IMG/VR virus record: IMGVR_UViG_3300020381_001070
Span: 1-56,744 of that record
Origin: a virus
Lineage: Duplodnaviria > Caudoviricetes
Length of the DNA stretch: 56,744 bases
Strand: one strand, 5' to 3'
The notes below the pieces were generated by a model. That model ran no database searches, was not told the DNA's origin, and saw only the letters and a list, made by a program, of their open reading frames with translations. The translations under genes and the position numbers were made by a program. Shown one piece after another: positions 48,489-56,039 of this stretch (positions are counted from its first letter, which is position 1; each line of letters begins with the position of its first letter).

Positions 48489-49368
48489 GGTCTTGCACTC
48501 CTTTGTTAATGTGTTGCGGCATCACAAACCTATAAAATCTACTGTCTGCCTCATCATATTCTGCTATTGGTATGTCTAATTGCTGACGCAAACTGTTTCC
48601 GAACATCAATAATTCTTCATCGACATTGCTGTGTGTAAGATCAGCAAAGTATTGGCCTAGTTCATCTAAATCGCTGACTTTGAAAAAGTTATTTCTATCT
48701 TCAATTACAGTGTAGAAACACCCCATTCTTGCACCTAACATGGCAAATTTTCCATTTTCTACGTCTGCTCCAATTGTACACCAAGTGCTGAGAATGTTTA
48801 AATTAGTACGCCATATAGTATTGAATTCTTTTGCAGTGATTGGCTTTCCTTTGTGGGTACTCATTTTAACACCTTCTCTGTATCCGGCAATAAAAGCTTG
48901 TCGTGACGTGGCATTTATTACAGTAGTTGAATAACAATTATGTAAATTTTCATGTGGCACTCCCCAACAAAAATCTATTTTGTTTTCGTCCGTTGTGCTG
49001 TTTTCGTGTGTATTCATTTGGAGGCATATATCTTTTGGCCAGCCTACTAGACCGCCATTACCGTATACAAGTCCATTTATATTGTTTCTTGCACGCCAAC
49101 GATGTACTGCCTTTGGATTTGTTAAGTCAAAATTTAAACTTTCTAATAAAAAACTTTCGTCCAAAATATTATCACCGTCTACAGAAATAAAAAAATCTGT
49201 TGTTGCCACATTGGCTGCGGCTTTATGGGCAGAGTCAAAACCTTTTACTCCATCTACACGTTTCGCCCAAGGCACTTTACTTTTTAAATCAGCCCAATTG
49301 TGTTCCTTATTTGGCTCTTTGTAGCTTATGTAGACAAAATCAAGGTCACTTATTCTTACCTTTGCCAT
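48475..49368 (-). CDS. Glycosyltransferase-like (GT-A) protein
   Basis: ISY.EPN; GVKG.D.AH.AAA; SVDGDN (DxD); N.INGL.YGNGG. Confidence 0.6.
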   Translation of the reverse strand: MAKVRISDLDFVYISYKEPNKEHNWADLKSKVPWAKRVDGVKGFDSAHKAAANVATTDFFISVDGDNILDESFLLESLNFDLTNPKAVHRWRARNNINGLVYGNGGLVGWPKDICLQMNTHENSTTDENKIDFCWGVPHENLHNCYSTTVINATSRQAFIAGYREGVKMSTHKGKPITAKEFNTIWRTNLNILSTWCTIGADVENGKFAMLGARMGCFYTVIEDRNNFFKVSDLDELGQYFADLTHSNVDEELLMFGNSLRQQLDIPIAEYDEADSRFYRFVMPQHINKGVQDREYQ

Positions 49369-49655
49369 GTTTCACCTCCCTCAACAACTGCATTAGGCCA
49401 GTGTATATCATTGTCCAGAAAACAATAACCTTTAGTTGATTTTTTTAACACAGGATATGAAGCTTTGTAAACTGGTTTTGGTCTTAAAACAAATTCAGTT
49501 GCTGATTTCCACATGTATGCGTCTTCGCCATGTTGCATTACTTCTAATTTTTTTTCAAGTGTAACAACAACATTTTGCCCTTGTATTTTTACTGTATGCA
49601 CCTTTGGCTTAGGTGGAACATATAAATTATTCAATTCTTTAAGAAAGTCTGACAT
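49356..49655 (-). CDS. Hypothetical protein
   Basis: Coupled ORF in operon. Confidence 0.5.
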   Translation of the reverse strand: MSDFLKELNNLYVPPKPKVHTVKIQGQNVVVTLEKKLEVMQHGEDAYMWKSATEFVLRPKPVYKASYPVLKKSTKGYCFLDNDIHWPNAVVEGGETWQR

Positions 49656-50433
49656 TCAACTCCTTATCAAAATAATGCCACACACGTGACATCCGTTGTT
49701 CACCTAAATATAATTTGTTTTGCGATTCGTTAGGATACAAATAGTTGTTAATGTCTTTCACATGTTTTAGTCCGTGTATTGCAGGCTTATGGTGAACAAA
49801 TTTGAACCAATCGTAATTGACTAAACTAAAATTGTAAGGATCAATAATTCTGTGTGCTAGAGCAAAAACTACATCTGTGCTTGGGTATGGATCATGACAT
49901 GCAATTAATAAATCCTTTTTGACTATGTTCCAATTTGTTGCAATTGCTTTTGCAACATTAAAAAATTTTTGGGCTTCTTTGCTTTTACGAAAATACATTA
50001 AACCGTTGTAAATATTTGGCAGTTGGTTTTTAACAAACAGTTGCCTATATGTTTTATCGTGTACTATGTTATCTCTGTAGTCTCTACAATGCACACTGAA
50101 GACCAAATTATGTTGCCATAAATGATACCACCACCAATCTGTGTTAATAGTCCACAACATATCTGCTTCTAACTTAATTGTGTGAGTAAAAGGAGTTAAC
50201 CTAAAAGCTTTGTATTCGTTTGCCCATTTGATGGCATGTGTGTCACTGGCATCATCTTCTAAAACTTTTACTATATCAACATGATCATTTTCAAACTTGC
50301 TTTTAATATCTGTGACAACACAGATTTGGTTTTCCTTATTGTGCTGTTTAATACTTTTAGCCAGCTTTATTGATAATTCAACATAATCTGTTTTGTCGTT
50401 GTTTTGGGCAAACCATAAAAATCCTTTAGACAT
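49639..50433 (-). CDS. Nucleotide-diphospho-sugar transferase (GT8-like)
   Basis: Y..L...LA.SIK; TPF.HTI.LEAD; N.Y.GL.YF.KS; TD..FA. Confidence 0.65.
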   Translation of the reverse strand: MSKGFLWFAQNNDKTDYVELSIKLAKSIKQHNKENQICVVTDIKSKFENDHVDIVKVLEDDASDTHAIKWANEYKAFRLTPFTHTIKLEADMLWTINTDWWWYHLWQHNLVFSVHCRDYRDNIVHDKTYRQLFVKNQLPNIYNGLMYFRKSKEAQKFFNVAKAIATNWNIVKKDLLIACHDPYPSTDVVFALAHRIIDPYNFSLVNYDWFKFVHHKPAIHGLKHVKDINNYLYPNESQNKLYLGEQRMSRVWHYFDKELNVRLS

Positions 50434-51175
50434 ACGCTACCTCTTTGTTCAACACATGGACATCTTGGCTTTCAATCCAATCAATTTTATTATTATACTG
50501 CCACGCAAGGCCTTTATTGGATATTTTGCATATTTTACAGTCAGGCGGTAACGTAGATAAAGCAAAAGGAAACGTATTATAATCTACAAAACCATTAAGT
50601 TGTTGTAAAGCTATGGCGAATACATAATCATTGCGATAGTTTTTTGAAAAAATCCTGTATAAATTGTTGAAGTATGAATAATATGCCTTAACGTATTTTA
50701 TCATATCAAAAATTTGCTTGGCTTTTTTGGTTTTTCGAAACACAAATACCGTGGCCCATACCATAGGAATCATACTCCATACTCTTTGATGGAAACTGTT
50801 TCTATGCGTGAGATCAAAAACTTTTTTTGGTACTAGGAAGTCGTATTTTGTATCTAAAAACTGTAAAAGATTGTCTGTAAAGCAAAAATAATCTATATCC
50901 ATCACTAATGTTGTATCGTATGGGGATAATTCGTAGGCAAGATGTCGATCAACATTATTCCATTCCTTGCCTAATTTTGTATTTCCCTTTTCAGGTTCAA
51001 TTAATTTGTAATTTACAAAGCCTAAAGGTTTTACTTTTGCAAAAGTTTCGTGGTTTGTAATAACAGTTATTTCTAACTGTAAATTTTTTTTTATTAGAGC
51101 AACACATCTTTCTAAAATTTTATGATATTCAATATCTTGAGTGTTAAAACAAAATAATAATACACCTTTAGTCAC
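50426..51175 (-). CDS. Nucleotide-diphospho-sugar transferase (GT8-like), paralogue of 49639..50433
   Basis: LSPYD.TL.MDID (DxD); WATV..F.K; RNDY.FA.A; H..NK. Confidence 0.65.
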   Translation of the reverse strand: MTKGVLLFCFNTQDIEYHKILERCVALIKKNLQLEITVITNHETFAKVKPLGFVNYKLIEPEKGNTKLGKEWNNVDRHLAYELSPYDTTLVMDIDYFCFTDNLLQFLDTKYDFLVPKKVFDLTHRNSFHQRVWSMIPMVWATVFVFRKTKKAKQIFDMIKYVKAYYSYFNNLYRIFSKNYRNDYVFAIALQQLNGFVDYNTFPFALSTLPPDCKICKISNKGLAWQYNNKIDWIESQDVHVLNKEVAYV

Positions 51176-51492
51176 TAGTCACCTTTCCGTTCAAATGTTC
51201 TTGACATTTGATGATATGAACTAAGACTCTCCTGGTTTCTTTCTATCAGTTTTTGTAAAAACTGCTCTGGATTTTGTATTTCAACAGGATTATTATTGCT
51301 GTCTAACACAAAAAATGTTGTATATAGATCTTTTAATGTTTTAACCATGCATATTGTTTGTGTATCTGCACAGAAAATATGTTCGTTGTACACTATCACT
51401 TGTCTCGATTTTGCTTTTTCCAAAGCATTACGTTTTGCAATTGCAATGTCGTAAGAAAGATCTGATTGTTTTTTTAGTTCGCCAATGTCCAT
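51175..51492 (-). CDS. Hypothetical protein (possible tail-fibre assembly chaperone)
   Basis: D.NNNPV.I motif; directly downstream of fibre genes. Confidence 0.4.
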   Translation of the reverse strand: MDIGELKKQSDLSYDIAIAKRNALEKAKSRQVIVYNEHIFCADTQTICMVKTLKDLYTTFFVLDSNNNPVEIQNPEQFLQKLIERNQESLSSYHQMSRTFERKGD

Positions 51493-51498
51493 ACCACA

Positions 51499-51527
51499 AT
51501 TATACAATAATTATGGTGTAAAATCAA
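51499..51527 (-). promoter_or_regulatory. Sigma70-type promoter TTGATT-N17-TATAAT (leaderless) in front of the GT/radical SAM block
   Basis: On the - strand: ttgatt ttacaccataattattg tataat tgtggt ATG(51492). Confidence 0.6.
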
Positions 51528-51540
51528 CCTGGTAAAATTA

Positions 51541-52500
51541 TTAACCTGTGCTATTAGATACTTGTGCGTTTGATGAAGATTGAATAGCTGCCGCCAGTCC
51601 TTCACTGTCGTTAGGGTGTCGCTCAGTGACTGTGCTTCTTACCTGTGGCGCATTGTTTGGATCTGCTGGTACACCGGCTGTATTACCTGAGGTAAATGTC
51701 CCGTCACTTGCACCATCTAAAAAGATAATCTTGACAGTAATTACAGTTGCAGAGTCAACAGAAGCGTCCAATTTTGCTTGTACTTCTAAACTGTTGTCTG
51801 TGTAATTTGAGTTGTCTGAAGTTAGTTTTATTATATTTTGGTATGAAGTAGTAAGATCTCTGTATCCTCTTGACAAATTATTTGTTGTTAAAGTTTCTGA
51901 TGATCCTGATCTTGTAGTTGCAAGCGATCCAATGTCTAAATTTCCTAAACCTGTTCCAAGATCTGTAAACACAGTATCTTTATCTCCGTCTACCGATCCT
52001 GACACGTCACACACCAATCTAATTTTTCCGCCAGCATTAAAATAGTGCCGCATTGTGTTAGCATTTGCAAAGGTAACAGATATTTCATGTGTTGCTGTGT
52101 TCCAACCTGTTGAGCCTGTTGTCACTTGCCTCAATTGATTATTTGTTAAACCACCACTTGCAGATGTACTTCCTGCCGCAACCGCCGTTGCCAAAGCCGC
52201 CAAGTCAGTTTCTAGTGCCGATTTTATTGCAATCGTGTCACCTGCTGACACTTGTGTTCTTGCTGTGATACTAACATTTGTATGATTTGCAATGTTGTCA
52301 ATTCCTGTCATCAAAGTGTTGAATTGAGCCGCAGTAACGGTGCCTGCCACAGCAGTAACTTGTGGCAATTCAGTTTGACCTAATCCGTATTCTCCTGAAC
52401 CTGTGCCTGCAAAATGGTTATAACCAAATGGATCACTAGAACTTGCTACAAATACGTTGTATTGTGCCGCTGTTATTGTATCACCTGCAATATATGCCAT
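51541..52500 (-). CDS. Virion structural protein (tail/baseplate-fibre-like)
   Basis: T/S/G/A-rich; MAY..GD.ITA..YN; G.G..GLGQ; R.YFNAGG.I. Confidence 0.65.
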   Translation of the reverse strand: MAYIAGDTITAAQYNVFVASSSDPFGYNHFAGTGSGEYGLGQTELPQVTAVAGTVTAAQFNTLMTGIDNIANHTNVSITARTQVSAGDTIAIKSALETDLAALATAVAAGSTSASGGLTNNQLRQVTTGSTGWNTATHEISVTFANANTMRHYFNAGGKIRLVCDVSGSVDGDKDTVFTDLGTGLGNLDIGSLATTRSGSSETLTTNNLSRGYRDLTTSYQNIIKLTSDNSNYTDNSLEVQAKLDASVDSATVITVKIIFLDGASDGTFTSGNTAGVPADPNNAPQVRSTVTERHPNDSEGLAAAIQSSSNAQVSNSTG

Positions 52501-52503
52501 AAA

Positions 52504-54156
52504 TTATTTTACTCCTATTATACACTCTGTTAATTCTGTAATATTAGTATATTTATCCTTAATTAGTCTACCTAATACATTGAAATGAGTACATTGAGAT
52601 AGCTCTGCTACTTTTGCTTTACCGTCTCCAGCTGATATTAGTCTATCACCAGCTTTTCCTGTTCCAATAACTTTAACATTTACTCTTCCTTTTAAAGCTA
52701 TCATAGGATGTGAGTCATTGTTACCAGCATTTGCATTCATTAAAAATGCTGGAGATTCAGACACAACTCCAATAGCTCTGGTATCACCCTCTTCTAAACA
52801 TTTTGTAACTTCTTCACTACCACCTAACATAACCACATCACCTACTTCAAGTTGCATGTCAGCGGCATATCTTTCAGCCAAATCAGCGTATTGCGCCGCA
52901 GTAGATGTTGCGTGAACAATATTAGCTCTCATATCCACTAAAGTTGGCGCGGACATTTCTGAACCGCCTACGTCGGTAGATTTGAATGCAGTCCAGGCTC
53001 CGCCTGCGTTTCCAAATATTGTTGTACCGTCGTCCGCAAAAGTTTCGTCCCATACAAAAAATATGTCTTGTTCTGTGGCAGTTGACGCATTGCCTCTGTT
53101 TACTTTCAATCCTGTAAAGTTTGGCATTCCAGAATTACTTGAAACATTCCTGTTAAGTTCAATAATGTTGTCTTCAACAGTCAAGATAGATGTGTTACTA
53201 ACTACTGAGTCTCCATCTACTTGTAGATTCCCATAAACTCTTAGATCACCCACAGCCGGCAGTTCAACTCGACCGGTATCACCGTCTAAAGTAATAAGAG
53301 TGGTTGTCACTCCACCGTCGTTCACAGTAAAAATTATGTCTTTATCTTGGGTGGTCTGTGCTATGGTTAAATTATCGCTTGCCATAGTAAATGTAATATC
53401 TGAACCAGCACCTAAAGTTAGTGTAGTACCATCTGCTAGTACTCCTAATGTTCCTGAAGTGGTGTCATCGGCATTTGATCTCAAATAATTTGCCGCTGCA
53501 ACTCCGCCTAATGAGTCAGAATCAGTAGCTGTGCCTCTGAATTTTGCAGAAGAAACTGCTGATGATAATTGTATTCCTTGTGCTACGCTTGAAAAACCTG
53601 CCGCTACTAATGCCGCACCTTTAGTTTCAGTGCCGCTTGGTGTAAAGGCTAAATTTGAAACTACTCCTACAACTGCATCATTCGCAATAAATTTTAAAAC
53701 ATCTCGGTTTACACCGGTGTTGTCTTCAACTGTTTCTGCCACTGCGGTTGTTACACCAGTTCCTGCAACTGTGGTTGGTCCAATCAAGGTCCATGCAGAA
53801 CCATCGTAAATGTAATATTGTTTGTTGCTTGTGTCGAACCATTCGTCTCCTAACACAGCACTAGTCGGCTGTGACGTAGATGGAGTTGGAGAACCTACTG
53901 GTTTGAATTTTGTACCTGTGTAAACATTTAGTTGTTGATTTGTTTTATCAAACCATAGTTGCCCTTGAATTTTATTTGCAGGAGCAGATGTGTTATTAAA
54001 ATTTTCTAAAAGTGAAATAAAGTTTTCATTTAGTTTTTCCCCAAAACCTGCATAACCTTTTCCAATTAATGTAAGGTCAGTTGTGGTAGTGTCTATTGTT
54101 CCATCCGCAAGGGTAACCAATAGGGTTCCAAATGTGTTGTTTATTTTATACGCCAT
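52504..54156 (-). CDS. Tail fibre/baseplate protein with C-terminal Peptidase_G2-like intramolecular chaperone
   Basis: N-terminal L.LIGK.Y.G.GE..NENF..LLENF...P...GQLWFD; VEDNII.LN; C-terminal YADLAERY..D...GDVV..GVVS..PAFLMN..IAL.GRV.VKV. Confidence 0.75.
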   Translation of the reverse strand: MAYKINNTFGTLLVTLADGTIDTTTTDLTLIGKGYAGFGEKLNENFISLLENFNNTSAPANKIQGQLWFDKTNQQLNVYTGTKFKPVGSPTPSTSQPTSAVLGDEWFDTSNKQYYIYDGSAWTLIGPTTVAGTGVTTAVAETVEDNTGVNRDVLKFIANDAVVGVVSNLAFTPSGTETKGAALVAAGFSSVAQGIQLSSAVSSAKFRGTATDSDSLGGVAAANYLRSNADDTTSGTLGVLADGTTLTLGAGSDITFTMASDNLTIAQTTQDKDIIFTVNDGGVTTTLITLDGDTGRVELPAVGDLRVYGNLQVDGDSVVSNTSILTVEDNIIELNRNVSSNSGMPNFTGLKVNRGNASTATEQDIFFVWDETFADDGTTIFGNAGGAWTAFKSTDVGGSEMSAPTLVDMRANIVHATSTAAQYADLAERYAADMQLEVGDVVMLGGSEEVTKCLEEGDTRAIGVVSESPAFLMNANAGNNDSHPMIALKGRVNVKVIGTGKAGDRLISAGDGKAKVAELSQCTHFNVLGRLIKDKYTNITELTECIIGVK

Positions 54157-54159
54157 GTT

Positions 54160-54342
54160 CTATGAATTATTTGAAGCGTTATCTCTTACCTCTGTTAAAA
54201 AAGTTACATCGCCGACTAATTTTATTAATATTGTAGCTAGTTCAGGATTAAGCATTGCATCAATTTTTGCTTCTTCCTCATCTGTCCATGCTGACTCGTA
54301 ATTTTCGTTTATATAATCTGCGACTTCTTGTTTTGTTGCCAT
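54160..54342 (-). CDS. Small hypothetical protein
   Basis: AGGAG SD and TAAATA upstream. Confidence 0.55.
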   Translation of the reverse strand: MATKQEVADYINENYESAWTDEEEAKIDAMLNPELATILIKLVGDVTFLTEVRDNASNNS

Positions 54343-54360
54343 GTAATTGTCTCCTTATGC

Positions 54361-54825
54361 TTATTTATTATGCGTTTTTATTTGCTCATCGTCGGAAATC
54401 CATGTTAAATCTTGGCTTGATTTTCCGTCTAAATCACATATAAATGTTTTTATATCGCTCTCTGTTTGAACCATTTTATGGTATTTTACATATCTTTTTT
54501 GAAGGGCATTTTCTTTTGTCATTGTGTATACAAGTTTTGCCCCTCTTTGTCTAGCTAGATCCATTATACTGTCAATGCATAATTTCAAAGCTTTGTGCCG
54601 TGTTTTTAGATCTGAATCTTTGTCTGTTACTACCCACTCCATTAAAGACAAAGCTGTCTTTGGATACAAATATATGCCAGCAAAACAAACTGGTCTACTT
54701 TTGTGAAGCACCATTATTCCGTCTATTGGCAACATGTCTTTTGGCACTACGCCAAACTCCCATTGCGTCCACCATTTAACTAAAGTGTTATAATCACTAT
54801 CTCTATCGTATTTTCTAACTTCCAT
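54361..54825 (-). CDS. GNAT-like acyltransferase
   Basis: R.Y....DY..L..WW..W; G.M.....PV..AG.Y; EW.V.D; A...GAK.V. Confidence 0.5.
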   Translation of the reverse strand: MEVRKYDRDSDYNTLVKWWTQWEFGVVPKDMLPIDGIMVLHKSRPVCFAGIYLYPKTALSLMEWVVTDKDSDLKTRHKALKLCIDSIMDLARQRGAKLVYTMTKENALQKRYVKYHKMVQTESDIKTFICDLDGKSSQDLTWISDDEQIKTHNK

Positions 54826-55393
54826 ATTTTTGCATCACAATCTTGTTAATATTGTATGGTTTGGTGAAACACATTTCAACAACTTCAGCAACTTCATCAG
54901 CATGTAATTTTGGATACTGCTCCCAAAGACCTTTACTCATATCTGTTTTCACAGTGTCGGGACAAATATCATAAATTTGTATTAAATTGTCATACAGGTC
55001 TTGTTGTGCTTTCTCAATGTATTCTATAAGTTCTTTTTTGTTTTTACAATACCAATTGTATTCTTGCTCTTTGAATGAGTTGTCTATACCTGCTGGAGTG
55101 CCTGATGTGCTTGTGATTACAGCAATTTTTTTATTTTCATTTTTATATCCATCAATAATTTTTTGTAGCATTACTAATTGGCTATTTTTACTATAGGCAT
55201 TTAACACAACGAAGTCAAAATTTGCCATCTGCCTAACAATAATATCACAATCAGATTCAATATCATAGCCTGTACATTTCGATACCCCATAACAATAAAA
55301 ATTTTTTGCTTTGAATCTATCGAAGATTGCTTTGCCAATACCTCTGGTATGTCCTGTTATAAAAATTCTAGGTTTTTTGCTTTCTCGACTCAT
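54815..55393 (-). CDS. Short-chain dehydrogenase/reductase
   Basis: ITGHTRGIGKAI; LNA; YCKNK (YxxxK); ICP..VKT. Confidence 0.8.
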   Translation of the reverse strand: MSRESKKPRIFITGHTRGIGKAIFDRFKAKNFYCYGVSKCTGYDIESDCDIIVRQMANFDFVVLNAYSKNSQLVMLQKIIDGYKNENKKIAVITSTSGTPAGIDNSFKEQEYNWYCKNKKELIEYIEKAQQDLYDNLIQIYDICPDTVKTDMSKGLWEQYPKLHADEVAEVVEMCFTKPYNINKIVMQKYGS

Positions 55394-56039
55394 ACAGGTC
55401 TACTAAATTTTCTAATCCTTCAAAACATTCTGAATAGTTTTGGTAATAGCTATCAAATGTATCCTCAGTATACTCTAATTCTTTCCAAAAGTCAATGAGT
55501 AATGTAGTTCTGTGGTTCTTATTTTTATTAAAGCCATTATGAAGTTGTAAGCCAGGTTGGAATATGTAGGCGTGTCCAGTTCGCCAGGTATGTAGATCCT
55601 GCTGTTTAGTTTTAAGGTTCATCACGTACATACCACTTTCATCGCCGCCACCATCATCTAAACACATTTGGTACCTCCAACCACCTTCGTTGTCAGTATG
55701 ATTACCAATTTGTGTGTTAGGCCCAACTTGCATGATAGCTACATTAATTTTGTATGGAAAATGTTTAAGGATGTCATAAAGCATAGGGTAGTCATTGTTG
55801 CTTTGCATATTTTTATTGTCTATACAAATTGGCAATGCCTGCCATTCGCCATGAACATAATCACCAGATTTGTTATCAAAATCTTCAGGTGCGCCTCGCA
55901 CACTATCTGAAAAATCTTCTGGCTCGAGAAAACGTTTGTTTTTATGAGAATTGAATTCGTGTGTAATTTGCGTGTGATGTTTTTCTAATTTTTTAAAACA
56001 TACACCTTGGTCGCCATGGTAAAAATCTTTATCAAGCAT
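55368..56039 (-). CDS. Aspartyl/asparaginyl beta-hydroxylase-like 2OG-Fe(II) oxygenase
   Basis: W....; P.T.I..HTD; R....L; W..G....F....H...N....R..L.ID. Confidence 0.75.
   Translation of the reverse strand: MLDKDFYHGDQGVCFKKLEKHHTQITHEFNSHKNKRFLEPEDFSDSVRGAPEDFDNKSGDYVHGEWQALPICIDNKNMQSNNDYPMLYDILKHFPYKINVAIMQVGPNTQIGNHTDNEGGWRYQMCLDDGGGDESGMYVMNLKTKQQDLHTWRTGHAYIFQPGLQLHNGFNKNKNHRTTLLIDFWKELEYTEDTFDSYYQNYSECFEGLENLVDLYESRKQKT

Noticed and set aside
125-55910. Many short antisense or alternate-frame ORFs in the track (for example 125..460, 6802..7233, 12609..13133, 17896..18300, 47793..48194)
   Set aside because: They lie wholly within well-supported genes on the other strand or frame, lack motifs and SD, and look like shadow ORFs
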